Of a DNA stretch of 64,000 nt, positions 13,813-28,183 are shown in pieces. Origin of the DNA: Bugula neritina. Its lineage: Eukaryota > Animalia > Bryozoa. Below the pieces are notes generated by a model. It was not told the DNA's origin. It ran no database searches and worked only from the letters and a program-made list of their open reading frames with translations. The position numbers were made by a program, and so were the translations under genes. The stretch is from assembly GCA_964035545.1 (NCBI GenBank), contig OZ037770.1, forward strand, positions 1,240,001-1,304,000. Direction: 5' to 3'. How positions within the stretch are numbered: position 1 is the stretch's first letter; each line of letters begins with the position of its first letter.

Positions 13813-16651
13813 GAACCGCTGACAAGTGTGGATAACGTAAGGAAAGAGCTATACCTTTGACACAGGTTCAGGTGAGTTCAATAAGTCAATCTTGTAGGGC
13901 GATGAGAATCATATGCGTTTTATCACTAAACTCAATCACATGTAAATAGCCAAATAAGTCTGAAGTGACTGAAATTAGCTTATGTAGTGTTGAGATTGCC
14001 CTGTGGCCTCTGTGTGGCTCTTGTGCCCCCCCCCCCTGTGGCCCCTGCATGGCATAATGGATCTCAGTGTAGGCAAATACTTTACAGTGAATGTCTTGCC
14101 ACCCAATCCAAGCAATGCAATATTCTTGGCCTACCAGCAAGTTCATTTAATTTATAATTGTTTAGCCGTAGAAATATTTTGTTTCAAGTCCCCACCCCTG
14201 CTAGAACCCCCCAAAGGTAGGTGGGTTGAAATCTGTGACTTAGCACAAACTAGGCTGGTGCTCTAATCAGTCAGCTATGGCCGCTGCATGGTTAGCAATG
14301 TTAGAAATGGTCAATAAGCAAGTTTACACACCAGAGCACGCAAGATCAGTATTGTATGATAAGATGCTTGTGAATTTTTATTGAATAAAGAAACTTTTTT
14401 CACAATGATGATAAGAAATAAAATGCAATATCACTGTGAACAGATAACATATCTAGTTTGAAACTTGCTTTAACTTCTGGATGAAATACTCTATATATTA
14501 ATAGGCCTCCGTCAGTATGCAGTGAAACCGGGTTTGATACTAGCTAGAGAGCGGTTCTTCTTTGTGACTCATACTCTGTTCAACATAAGTGGTAGAGTTC
14601 TATAGCTATTTTATGAATTTTTGTTTGCGTTGCTGCTCAACCTCCCATATAGGAACATAATTTCTTAATTTAGAACACAGGCCTTACTCAAGTTCATCTG
14701 CACCTAATGTTAGACTCTTGACGTTTACCCAATGCTTAGCCTTATCATAGATTCGAAATACTATAGTGCCTCATGTTACAAATACGAGTAACTGGAATCT
14801 TAAACCAACACCATTATTTTCATAACCAACAGGCTACTAGCAGATGTTAACAAAACTTTACTTTCATTTCTCAACTACTAATGCATGTAAACTATAGAGT
14901 CTATTCTCTCAAAGCTAGCCATTAGTCAGTGTGAATAGTCAGTTTGCTGTTTCTATAATACACAGCCATTATTCCGAGCAGGTAGTAGTGACCTAGGTAG
15001 GTTAAAATAAACACCACCTTTCCTTTGATCCATTCTTCTAGTCTCCCTAGACTAACAAATCCTGGGTTAAGACAGGATAAACTGTAATTAGCTCAGCATT
15101 TAGTCTTAGCTGCAGGTGCTGTTCACTGGCAGCACTGTACGCTGCCATATTTTACATAATATAGCATGAAGAATTTCAGCCTAGGAATGGATATAACTAG
15201 TAGCATTTTATATACAAGTGGCAAGTCCAAAGAGGTAGATACTGATACTGGTAATACTGTGTATATTCTATTCTGTATATTGCTATATTCTGCTGTATGT
15301 ATTCTTATCAGTAGTGAATAAGTTTAGAAAGTTAGATAGCTTTTTGGTCTAAGAAGGGTGGAAACTTAATTTTTTCTATTGAAGAAGTACGACTCATAGC
15401 TGTTTCAACTATAATGCTTAGTAGTTATAATGCCTAGTTAATACTATAGTGGAAGTATTTACAAATAGTTATTAGTTATTACTAGTATTAACTATTAGTG
15501 ATAGTGCTAGCTAGAAGATCATTAAGGCAGTTTGATGACTAAGATTAATAATCTATGCTGTACAACAAACTACTGAATGGATAAGAAGTTACATTTCTTG
15601 TCATACGAAAACAATGACTCATTTAAATGTGTTTGAACAGTGAGATATGATACTTCTTAGATCCTATGCTATCTGGGGCCAAGCATTCACTTTTCTCATC
15701 CTTTGTTGAAACTCACAGCAAAAGTGGGTACATACAAAATCAAGATTTTGTGCCCCCAAAAAGAGTTGAGTCTTCTGTTTGATACAAATGATAGAGAAGT
15801 AAAATCTTGCTACAGCAACGTGGACTGACAATGTCTAGTTCCTAAAGTTTTGCTGCTAAAGACCAAATTTACTTACTCCTAGGAGGAGGCTGCATTTTAA
15901 TTGATCAAAATGTGTTCCCTTTTGCACTGTTATCTGTGCAGTAGGAAGGTCATTAATACTATTGCTCAATTCAAATAGACGGACACAATGAACAAACAAA
16001 TCTAAAGATAGGTGTATTGAGCAACAGACTGATAATAGCTTGTTATAATCAATTTACAAGTTGATTTAATGTCAATCAAGTTTGTATATCCACATTAGCT
16101 AAAGTCAGTGAATTCTATAAAACATTTGCTTCCAAGATGATTTGAACCCAAGACCTTCGGCTTTCAGGCATGAAAGCTAACTATTGAGCCACCTAGGCCA
16201 CTGGGCAAACTAAGCACTACATCCAACTCAGTTCTCAGAACTATTACTATCACTAAAGGCCGAAATAGCTTACAAAACCTTTGCCCACATTGGAACCCAA
16301 ATGCGGTAGCCATTAGAGCACCAGGTCTACCAGGTAAACTGAACAATACAATACATATCAATGACGTAATTCTTTCGTTGTAGTCACAGGAGCAGTTGTG
16401 GAGTCCGGACACAGCCGTGACCTTACGTTACAACGAGGACATTTACAGAATCAACAACAGCATGTTTGCTCCGCCCCTACATGTCAGAAGTGAGAACAAA
16501 GGGGGAGATAATCTAGTGGGATATGATAGATCGAGACTTGCTAGCAGACAGCTACTTCCTGCTTCTAAAAAGTGAGTTAGTCCTTGATTGAGCTTATAGG
16601 CTGGCAAACCATTTATACCTCTTGTAATTTAATCGGTTTTACGAAATAATT

Positions 16652-16692
16652 TTGCCCCCACTGGGACTTGAACCCAAGACCTCTGGCTTGCA
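16652..16692 (-). mobile_element. tRNA-derived SINE fragment (a related fragment lies at ~16127-16200)
   Basis: cccactgggacttgaacccaagacctctggcttgca closely resembles the 58143-58210 element and contains a B-box-like GGTTCAAGTCC on the minus strand. Confidence 0.55.
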
Positions 16693-16929
16693 GTTGCACC
16701 ATAGGAACTATACAGGGACCCAACACCACAAGTTTGGAATTTATGTAGTAAAATATATGTTTACTCGATCTATTGTAAAAGATGATATATGTTTACTCAG
16801 AAGCACATATTTTCTATATAAAAGAGGATATAGCTTAAAGAAGAACATTGTAACGCTTTTGATGATTGGCTGACCCAGCTAAACCTAGTAACTGCTAATT
16901 GCCTATTACAACTCTAAGTTGTTTTCCAG

Positions 16930-19900
16930 TTTTGACTCCAAGGAACAGGCAGAACTCTGTGCATGGAGTAGTAGAACCGAACTGCCAGGGTTTGGTGAGG
17001 CTGATGAGGACACTTTCAGTAAGAATATTATTCTACAATCAACTTATTTTAATAAAGAATAGTTGCTAACCATTAGCGATTACATGCTGGTATCATTTTG
17101 ATTACTAGCAGACTGATATAGTTATGTTGACATGGCAGGTGGTCAATGTTTCAACTTCAACAGCTGAGTTCAAGTTCTAATGGCAAAATCTAAGAAATCC
17201 AATAATTTAAAGTCATAACTAGTAACATTGTTAAATATGCTACTCGGCAAAGTTCTTCCGTTGATATCAATTGAGATAGGATCGATGTTTACCTAACTTT
17301 TGTTTTAATTTTGAAAATACCTTATTTGGGCTCTCTAAGCGCATATGTATACAATGTCATGAGAAGGCCCTGGCAACTAGACATAGTAGAACAAGTTTAT
17401 TTAGGTCAAGGAGGGGAAATTGCACAGAGCTGTTTCATCGAATTTTATTTTGAATTTATCAGATATTATGGATTGGTCTGTCATGATTAGAGAGCACAAT
17501 GCCAACTCACAGAAGAGAGCCAGAAGTGTTCCGGTACCAAACCTGAGACTCCAGACAACTCTGGCTGAGAGGTGCAGCAACATGGAGTCAGATTCTCTAT
17601 CAACTGAGGAACCATACAACTTCCTCTCTCAGTATCTGTGGAATCTTAAGCTAATACTGTCTCGCAGTAAAGCCTGTACGTGGGTTTGATTGGTCACTAG
17701 TAGTCACCGTAGAAGAAGCTGGAATAGTAACTGCATGTAGTAATAACTGTAGTATGAACTGTAGTAGCAACTGTAGTAGCAACTGTAGTAGTAACTGTCA
17801 TATTAAATGTAGTCGTAACTGTAGTAGCAAGTACTGTTTTAGTAACTGTTTTAGTAACTGTAGTAGTAACTGTAGCGGTAAATTGTATATAGTAGCAACT
17901 GTAGTAGCGTTGGTGTTATGTAGATGTTGGCAGTGAGCAAATATGGTAAACAGCTGCAACACAAAGGCCGGTTTTCAGTAGTTATATAGATTATCTAAAA
18001 ATAACAGTGAATATGGAGTGAGTCAACATGATTCCACGTGAATCTTCATTGCATTATCTCTTAAGTTTATCAGCAAGGTAATAATAACTGTGTCGATTTT
18101 AGTGAGTGCCACCTTCGGAACTTCAAGAAACTCCTTCAAAGGATATAACTACCAGTTTCCATACACTAGACAAATAGTGGGGGGATCTTTAAGTGCCCCT
18201 ACCACACAGAGCTCATACTCAAGGAAGCAGGCTATTCGGGCTCACAACAAACGTTAGTATGAGTCACCCATCAGCTAAATCTCGAAACAGTGATTGGCAT
18301 CTTTTTTCTTTTATATTACAATCAGTACCCAGGAGCCTGTTTTCATATTCTATTATGGCTAAGTTTGGTTGTAATCATCTTTCATTAACCAGTGGCCTTG
18401 AAATGGTTTAGGTTCCTATGTTCAGTGCAATAGCCTTGTTTCTAGTTTTGTAGACCATTCAGTGTACATGTATACTTATATAGAAAATAGGAAATTACAT
18501 GCTATATTATTACGTTTGTATCCAAAACCTGTCATAGTTGATTTATAAAATATTCTGAATAGTAATGATTTCAACAGCTATAAAGGCTACGATCTATTAT
18601 TTAAAACTTTTTCAACCTATTGTGCAATATTCAAACAGATTTTTTGATGCATATTGCAACTTATTGTAATTTTTCAATAGTACATGAAGCAGCACAAAGT
18701 TGGCGGTCATTGAGTGGGTTTGGAATTTACACAACTGTAGAGTGCATACAAACATGCACTCATTAACCCCCAAATCTGTGCTGCTTCTAGTAATTTCCTT
18801 GTAATTGAACCATTTTCTAGATAGAGTAAATGGATCTGTGAATTCTACGTCAGAAATTCCTTGCAAGAACTATGGCAAACTTCACAGACATAAATCATAC
18901 AACGATCTCCAAGACTGTTACCATAGAGCTAAACTAGACAATCAGCAGAGATCGTGGAGAGAAATTGGTGCTACTAGGACTATAAATAATAGAAATGATT
19001 CAAAAGTAGACAACTCCCTGCCGATGACCAAATACAACTCCTACCTCAGTGAATACAGGCTAAGTCCCAACAGTAGAGATAGCCTAGTAACAGTCAGTTT
19101 AGAAACCAGCCCTAGATCCAACCAAGAACAATGTGGTCTCGAGAAGGGCGTCAGACAACCTGTCCCTCAAGCGTTGAGTGTTTCACAAGATGATTTTCAG
19201 ACTAAGGAGCACACGACAATGCAGGAGTATATTGAGAAGTATTATCGCCCGCCAAGCAAGATGGCGGTGAACAATCAGAGACGCACACTTCCTGTGATAG
19301 CTGAGAGAAATAACAGACTCGTTGAAAATATCATCAACTATAGACATTCCACTACAAGAGAGAGGGAGACAACTCACAAAAACAGGTGATGGGTTTTCCC
19401 AATATTTACATAGCTATTGTTAGTTTAGGGCTGTTGTTGTTTTAGGGTTTACTTTTCTGTTCCATTCATAATTATAATACACTTTTAATCTTACTAACAC
19501 TTGAAAGTTTTATGGTGTTTGTGTTGATTATCCAACAATTATTATTGAATTATTTTCTAACTTTTTATACTAGTAGACCATAGTGATTTATGTTTAAACC
19601 GAATATATGCAGCTTTCCACTTTTCAAAAGATATAATTTTTAAATTTTCAGTCTAACTATTGCAAAGATTTTAGTAGGTGAAAATTGCTTTAAAAAAATA
19701 ATTTTTTTTCTAGCCTAAAGCCTTATCCAAAATGCTCAATTGCCAATAGAATTTCTGTTGGAACAAGATTATAATTTTCTAGACTTATCCTCCCTGCAGC
19801 CACATTCAATAGAATGCTTTTGGTTTTACAGATATCTTCAGCTCACTGCAATGGATATCAGGAGGACAACGGCTCAACTTCTAAAGAGCTCATTGCACAA

Positions 19901-20051
19901 ACCCTACAGAGCAGACTCAGCGTGCCTGTCTTTAGCAGACCCTGAATCTATAGGGGACAGTGTCACAGCCAACCTCACTATGACTCAATTAATGGCACCT
20001 AAGGCTACACAACAGGTCGTAGCATCTAAAGCCTCAGCTCCCAACAGCTGA
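16930..20051 (+). CDS. Unidentified multi-exon protein, 5' part unresolved (exons 16930-17018, 17463-17675, 18821-19385, 19832-20051; a probable upstream exon at ~16384-16489)
   Basis: Four exons with GT-AG borders join in consistent phases (1, 1, 2) into one open frame, followed by AATAAA at ~20102. No recognisable domain. Confidence 0.6.
17723..17907. repeat. 12-bp degenerate minisatellite (aactgtagtagc) in an intron
   Basis: Directly visible. Confidence 0.9.
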
Positions 20052-20482
20052 CATGAACCTTTTTTGTACTGAGGCTAATGTTTATCAACCAGTTTTAGTT
20101 AAATAAAATAAAATGAGCATGTAATCACTCTTCACTTATTTCGTTTGTTGCATAAAAATAATTTGTTCAAGAATTTATGCTGTTGCAATTTGCAGTGAAA
20201 ACTATTTACAGTCTTTCAGTGGAAGAATTATCGATTGCATCAAGTTTCAACTAGAATAATGTCATACCCCTACAACTTTAATGAACTTGAATAAAAAATG
20301 TATGCTTGCAATAAGACAGGTAACAATTGCCTGTATATTTCACAGTAGTGTAATTTGGAGTTATAAGAACATGTTATGTTGTGATATTTACATGTATTTA
20401 CACTTCAACAAAGACACGCAATCAGCATTGAGTGACAATAAAATAATAAAATCTATGATTACAGCATGCTTATAACACATGA

Positions 20483-23400
20483 TTAATACGGGCCGGGCCG
20501 TCTTGGCCCGTTATAGGGACCAGAATTTCTTGGTCCATTGTATGGGCCTGGTCCTCTTGGCCCATTATATGGTCCACCTCCTCTTGGGCCATTGTAAGGC
20601 CCAGAACTTCTGGGCCCATTGTAAGGTCGAGGACCATTAAAAGGTCCAGAATGTCTAGAACCACTTCCATTAAAGTTCATCGAATTGGATCCAAAATTTC
20701 TAGGGCCATTAAATCCGGAGCCCCTAAAGTCCGACCTGGGCCCGTTGAAATTATTACTAGTTCTAAAGTCTTGGTCTGCCCACTGGTCCGAGTCTGAAGG
20801 GTCACCCAGTAGAGAGGGGCCACTTCGGCCCAACTGGTGAGAGTCTGACTCCCCGGGGTGATCTCCGAGCAGAGATGGTCCCGGCGGTCCTTCTCTTGAG
20901 CCTGAAACACCGAAACATCAGAGTTAAGCAGACCAACTAGATAAATACAACTCCTTACAGAACTGCTAAATAGAGCACTTGAAGAGCATAAAGGTAGATT
21001 AAAACTTTCTTTTTCACACAATATAAAAATAAAAACTTAAGAAGAAACTTCACAACCGGCCAATGAAGTAACATATGCTACAGCAGACGTTAGAAAATGC
21101 AGTTACCTTGAGGTCGGGATGGAGGGTCTATTTTGCCCTCCCAGGCAGCTGCGAAGGACTGATCTATCTTCTTGGTGTAGGTGTACCTGCCCCTCTTCTC
21201 ATTGAGGAACACCTCGGAGTTCATGTCTCTCCCGTCCATATCCAGTCCCGGGATTCCGTCTTTGCTGTTGGCTATAAGTGAGAACAGAGTGCATAGTAAC
21301 TAGTAGCAGTGAGTAGGACTAGCAGTGAGTAGTACTAGCAGTGAGTAGTACTAGCAGTGAGTAAGACTAGCAGTGAGTAGTACTAATAGTGAGTAGTACT
21401 AGCAGTGAGTAGTACTAGTAGTGAGTAGTACTACTCACTACTAGCAGTGAGTAGTGACTAGGACTAGCAATGAGTTGTACCAACAGTTAGTTATACTAGG
21501 ATTATTTTGTAACTGAAAATTGTAAACAGCAAACGGTTAATAGTGGAAATTACTAGCTAGTTGTATTAGTATTTAATAGTTAGAAGTGAAAGTGATCAAT
21601 TAATAGTGCTTCCAAGCTTCACGTCATTCGAATGAAGATTTCATTAGATGTTTGGAAACAAATGCATCGAATGAAACTCCCAACCATAAGCTCATACAAA
21701 CCGCAATCACAAATTCATCCATATGGGCATCAATGTGCTTAGTGCGAAACAATGGAAACACAGTGAGTAGTGAATAGTATTTATGAGTGAATAGTGTGAG
21801 TGAGTAGTGAGGGTGAGTAGTGTGAGTGAGTAGTGAGATTGAGTAGTGAGAGTAAGTAGTGTGAGTGATTATATAGTTAGACTGAGTACCTTGCTTTATC
21901 TGCTGCAGCTGCTCCTCGTCTATCCCCATACCCGGCAGCAGAGTGGACGTGGAACTCATGCTAAAGGAAGAGGAAGTAGCCGAGCCGACACTCAAGTTCT
22001 GCTGCGAGTGTGGGTCGTCCATCTCGTCCTCCACAGGAAGTAGATTCAGGTTGTACCTGTCCTTCATCGAGTCTCCCGGCTTGTTGCGGGCCCAGAACTT
22101 AGTAGAGTGATCGTTACTACCTGAGAATACAGTGGATATGTCAAGAGAGCACCTGCTCACCTCTGACATACAGACAGAGCACCTGCTGATCTGTGACATA
22201 CAGACAGAGCACATAGTCACCTATGACATACAGACAGGGCACCTGCTCATCGCTTGTGACATATGTCAACAGAGCACCTGCTGATCTGTGACAAGTGTCA
22301 ACAGAGCACCTGCTAACTCTGTCATATAGAAACAGAGCACCTGCTCACCTGTGACTAGAATGTGTCCGAGAGGATGCCATGCCATACTCCATATAAAGCC
22401 CTCATGAGCCGTGTCATTCGATCCAACCTCTTTATCCGTACTATAGAAGAGAATGAAATGCATGAGAAAGCTACTCTGTATATATCACTCAAACCACCTG
22501 CTCTATGGTGTCAGATGATGACAGCAGTCAAGATAAAACTCCATAACTTAAGTTGTGTTTAGAAGAGCATAAAAAGACACCAGAGGGGAACACAACTCTG
22601 TGTGCACACAATCTTGAGTGAAAGCACTTGGTGTCTAAGTTGTAAGAGTAATTTCAAAATCTATGGCATTGAATCAATTTTTAGTTCAACATTAGCCTGA
22701 CAACTTACCCAACCGACCAGAACTTGACGGCACCGTCAGAGCCACCGCTAGCAAAGAAGTCTTCATAGATAGGGTGCCACGCCACAACTACCAGATAAAA
22801 TTAAAGTGTAGAATTAAAACAATGAAATAACTGCTTTTTGATGAATTGAAAATTTCAAGAGAGAAAAGAGACTGTGAATTAAGAAGGCAAACTAGCCTGT
22901 GAGCTTCAAAAACAATAAACTGTTTTCGTTACAATAAAACAAACACCACATGCTTAAGTTCCCCAAAAAGATAATCCCAAAACACGCAGCCTGTCTGGAG
23001 ATATTACATACTAGTAGCCTCTTTCTGGTGTCCTTTAAACGTCTGAAATTCACTTTTCATGTTTCTGATATCAAAGAGCTTCAGCAGGTGATCTCGAGAT
23101 GCCGTGAGAAACCAGTTTCCGTTTTTATTCCACTTCATTGACATGACTGTGCTCTTGTGGGCGTGGCTACAGCACAGAGTAAACATTAGCATGTGCTCTT
23201 GTGGGCGTGGCTACAGCATAGAGTAAACATTAGCATGTGCTATTGTGGGCGTGGCTACAGCATAGAGTAAACATTAGCATGTGCTATTGTGGGCATGGCT
23301 ACAGCATAGAGTAAACATTAGCATGTGCTATTGTGGGCGTGGCTACAGCATAGAGTAAACATTAGCATGTGCTCTTGTGGGCGTGGCTACAGCATAGAGT

Positions 23401-26400
23401 AAACATTAGCATGTGCTCTTGTGGGCGTGGCTACAGCATAGAGTAAACATAACCATGTGCTATTGTGGGCGTGGCTGTACCACACATCAGTATGTGAGGG
23501 CGGTGCCATAAAAGACACATGTGGGTGTGGCTGTAACTCACATGGTACTCAGACTATTGCCAGTTCTAGCATCCCACAATTTGATTGGCTGCTGACTGTC
23601 TTTGCTCCCCGAGACAATAATGGACTTCTGCGGGTGCCAGTCGACACATTTGACGTCTGCGCCATGACCTGAAGAGATCAGAGAAATTCTGATGTCTATT
23701 CTGAAACTTAGTCTCAGGATTTTCAGTTTGAATCAAACAAAGTTCATGTTAGTCAACGGGTGAAGTGTGTCCAAGATGTCTAGAGGGGGAAATAAGTAGG
23801 TCATTTTACTTAATTTAGTACACACTGGAAATCTCCAGTTTTTTAGCTATTTTTCACAATTTAGCTGCTAATTTATATGGTTTTTGCCCAAAACTAATAA
23901 AATATCAACAAATACACCTAATTTCTTTAGTTTTGCTTGATTTCCCAAGTTTTCCCAATTATTTAGCTAATTTTGATTTGTGGACATGGCAGAAACATCT
24001 AAGCCAAGTTTACTAGATGTGCTGACGACTCCTAATACTCCCTGAGTTATATTCACAATTATATCAGCCCAAATAGACTGATATAATTTGCTGGAAGATG
24101 AGACAAATCCCACCAGTCAAAGTAATAAGTAACTGCTAAGGTGGACATGACATTTCCTATGAAAATAATATATATCTCAAATTACATTAAAAAATTATAC
24201 TATATATGATGCAATGATTTAAAAAGATGGGGAGATTTCCGTCTATTAATCTACATGAATTCAAGCAGCAGCTAGAAATTAAAAACTTCTATGAAAAAAG
24301 AAACATATTAAACCATTATATTAAATGTAAAAATCTAAGGTGATCAACATGAACTTGGTCTATTAGGTCCCGTAGCATATTCTGTGACCCAGAAATGTGC
24401 TGCCGTGTTTTCCAAACCAATCAAATATTCCGCTGACACTGACCTTTGAGGACTCTCTCCTCGGAGCAGCGGATGAAGTCGAATATCCTGACGGAGCCGT
24501 CGTCTGAACAGGAAGCAAACTTGTGGTCTGTCGGGCAGAAACTCAGACCCCGAATGGCCTCTTTGTGAGCCTACAATGATGTCTAAACAGTGTACAATGA
24601 TATCTAAACAGTGTACAATGATATCTAAACAGTGTACAGTGATGTCTAAATCTAAACAGTGTACAATGATAGCTAAACAGTTTACAATGATGTCTATACA
24701 GTGTAAAATGATGTCTAGGGAAAAGAGTGTCACTTAAAAAAGTTTGAAGACTAGAGTTGTTAAATAAAAAATTATTAAAAAAAACTCAAAATGAGAACAT
24801 CTATTATTATATACCTTTGGAGAAAATAAAACAGATAAACTTATCGATTAGTTTAATTTAAAATTGAGATTATATTCCAACATAATATTTTAAACCTGCT
24901 AGTTCAATTTCTCTACAGACCTGCCAATCATATAAAACAGACCTGGAACATCTTAACGTTGTTCATGTTGCTCTGCCAATACTTGACGAAGCCGTTGTGG
25001 TCTCCTGTCATCATCCAGTTGTCATCATGGCTCCAGATCATAGAACGGATGGATGAGTCGTGAGCCTGCAGGTAAAAAATGAGGTACATCAGTTACCTGC
25101 GCACTACCAATACCACAGCAAAAACAGCACAGCGAGAAATTGTCTTACCTGTAAAATGGTTTCAAAGTTGAAGGTGAGGCCGTTCCACAAAGTAAACTCA
25201 CCGCTGGAAGCTCCAGTAACTAACCTTCGACCTTCAGGAGTCCACTGTAAGAAAATGGAAGCTTTACAAGGCACTGACTGTACAGAATACAGAAGCTAAT
25301 ATACCAGAAAAGAAATAGCAAATACCCACCAAATTATAATCACCAACTACTTCTATTGACCAGCAAAGCATCTTTTTATTCGTATTTATGAGTAATAAAT
25401 TGCTCTTTAGCCTAGTTTCAGTATTTATTTTTAGGTATAAAATTTAGGTTACTCAAATTATTATCATTTTTCTCGCTATGCGACATAGCCTCAAAGCAAA
25501 CATAATTTTTTTAAATAAAAACATGCAACAATTGAAAATTCCACTTTCTCCACAACACGCTTAGCACTAGTATTCTATACGCAGTGAGTTAGAGAGAACT
25601 CGTACCGCCACGCAGAAAATTGGACATCTGACTTTATTTGTGGATTGTCGGATAAACTTGGTGGTGACGCAGTTGATGGGGTTATTCCTCATAGCACTGG
25701 GCGTTGTCAGCTCCCCTAGATACAGTGTGTCCGGCAGCAGGGCGGGGCTCTCGTCAGCATCTCGGAGGTACAGCCGGTTCTGAGAATAGAGAGCTGAAAA
25801 CTTCAATTACTCAATACAATAGGCTAATGAAACTGTTAAGACTGTGCTGATAGGTTGAGTTTAGTATAGCTAGCCAATAGAAGAGCTCGTTGGTTGAAAC
25901 TAAACACATATAAGAACTCAGTTCTAAAGCCCTGTGCCATCTGCACTGCTTCACATACCCAACGAACACCAGATAGAGCTATATACCACACAATAGAGGA
26001 ATGTTAGGATGATTTCAGAAGTTTATCTAAAGGGAAAGAATAAAGCTCAAGTGGAAACCACATTGTGCCAACAACTCCCAATCAAATACTATATTGTAGT
26101 CTATAAATAAATGTTTCAAGGAGCCGTTCTTGTGAGAGCCTCCACCCCCCCCCCAACCCTTAGTTTTCAATTGGGCTACGGCTGTGCCTCTTGCAATGCT
26201 GGCAACAAGGCTGGAGAGATTTTACTGTCACAGTAAAAATTAGAATAGAATTCTCTTCTTGACATCACCTTGACCCCATGACTTTGTGTCACACCAGGTC
26301 TGTCCCCCTAACCACTGGAGAAAGACAGCTGTTGCATCGTGGGTAAATATACTACAGAGATTGAAAGAACTATATTGGAAAAAGAAATCCCCCACAAAGA

Positions 26401-28183
26401 GTAAATGCTTTCCATGTGAAATAATTTGTATAAATTTAAATTGAAGACTGAATGGTAGGTAGGTAGGTGGGTGTAGTAATGAAGCAAATGAGAAATATCT
26501 GAGTTCTCGATTAGAAATGTAGCAAGGTATGTTCTTTCATAAAATTTAACCTGCACCTCAAACTAAATTTCATCAGGAAAATTCAAGAACTTAGGCTAAC
26601 TAAAACTTAAGAAACTATAAGAGAAAATTCATTATGTCTAGTAGAAATACTGATTTCCTATTCATTTATATAATTATTTTCTAACAAGTTAAAGGTGTTT
26701 ACGGCATGCAATCATCATCTAGGACTGGCTTGAGAAGTTTAAGTGATAATAATTGGCTGAATGTTGAAACACATGAATTTAGCATAAATCCATGTGTGAC
26801 AGAGTATATTTGACCATACTAAGAATATTCCAACACAAATTAGCCAATGAGAAGACAAATCTAAGTTACTAAGAAGCGGCATACCGCTATTATTTAAGTT
26901 ACTAGAAATATTTATTCATTTCATTGAGTGCTGCCGTAGAGAGCAGACAAAACTTCAAGTCAGCCATATGTAAACTTGGTATTTATTCAGACGTAAATAT
27001 TTGGGCAAACATCTACTTTTATAAAGCAAGTCACAAAAAAACATTCATGAGATGATAAATTTTAATCTCTAGTAATAGAACCTGATAGGTGGGGGGGGAC
27101 AATTCCTGAGCTCTTGGATAAAACTTGACGTCAGAAACTAATGAGTCAGGTTGTGACTTGAAAGAAAATACAAACATCTAGATGGTATAATATAGGCCGA
27201 CTCTACATAAATGATGTATCTTCCACACCAAACAGCTTGGACAGCAGAATACTATTAAGAAAGCCCAACAAATCATATATATTCGTCACCTTTTAAGAAG
27301 TTCAAGACGCGGGGGGGGGGGGGGGGAAAGAGATTACAAAATGGATGCTACAGTTTAACCTCATCCTCAAGGTCAATCTAGGTATCATCGGAAGTTAGAT
27401 AGAGCATCATAAGACAACTACAGTTTGAAGCTATATACAGATATTAAAGTGACAAGCCTCAAACGTTACCTGCAGTGTTTTTAGTACGGTAGAGTTGTAG
27501 TCAACTGTTTTCCTGTGTGAACTTTTTTTAGCCTTGTTTCCTGATGAGAAGAAAGTTGAAAGACATTTAACAAATGAAACGGCAGCATACTTATAAGCTA
27601 GCTGCCCGAGAAAAAAAAGAGGTTTAGGTTTCCCGTAGGATCTGTTTCAATATTTCTTGTGCATGTTGATGATAGGAAGGTGAACAATATTGGTGGCATT
27701 CATGCAATCGAAGATATCATATATATTAAATGAATGTATTATTCAATTGCTTTGGATATAAATTATAAAAAATCGACAGAATTCAAGTAATCATCGTGCA
27801 AGCATACACAGCCTTCATAAAATATTTATATACAATTTGAAACTAACTGACAAACATTTGATAGGGACTTCAGTGTAAATACTTGCTTTATTGGAAAATA
27901 ATCATGGAATAAGATATTAAAAGAAGTGCAAGGGAGTGGCGGATACAGGAAAGCTACCTTGGTTGTAATTATTGATAGGGGTGTAGCCAGGTCGGTGCTC
28001 TGTCCAGGGTCGTGGCGCTCGCCCGTCCATGATTTGTCCTGAATACCCAGGAGGCCGAAACCGGGAATTTGGAGGAAAAGGACTGCGTTGAAATCTTGGT
28101 CTGTATGGGGCACCTTCAAACCTTGGTCGTTGAAGTGGGCGAGGGGGCGGTGCACCCGGAGATGGCATCATGGCGGCAGCCAT
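20483..28183 (-). CDS. WDR33: pre-mRNA 3'-end processing protein WDR33 (CPSF subunit)
   Basis: Spliced exons give [105 protein letters not shown] and [29 protein letters not shown]. The C-terminal tail is a Gly/Pro-rich NGPR repeat. Confidence 0.97.
21304..21495. repeat. 16-bp minisatellite (tagcagtgagtagtac) in a WDR33 intron
   Basis: Directly visible. Confidence 0.9.
22140..22355 (-). repeat. ~30-bp degenerate array, ~7 copies of a WDR33 exon-end/5' splice junction
   Basis: The unit GTCACAG|GTGAGCAGGTGCTCTG repeats across nearly the whole 22121-22348 intron. Confidence 0.85.
23149..23476 (-). repeat. 44-bp array, ~7.5 copies of a WDR33 3' splice site plus exon start
   Basis: Unit is atgctaatgtttactctatgctgtag|CCACGCCCACAAGAGCAC. 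Confidence 0.95.
23798..23985. mobile_element. Half copy of the foldback MITE family seen at 37787-38171
   Basis: ggtcattttacttaatttagtacacactggaaatctccag..ttttgcttgatttccca..gtggac matches one arm of that element. Confidence 0.8.
24571..24717. repeat. 21-bp minisatellite (tacaatgatatctaaacagtg) abutting a WDR33 acceptor
   Basis: About 7 copies ending at cattgtag|GCTCAC on the minus strand. Confidence 0.9.

Noticed and set aside
17001-17007. Other CTGATGA occurrences (also ~576, ~3064, ~4646, ~27541) as hammerheads
   Set aside because: No stem II plus GAAA plus stem III arrangement follows them.
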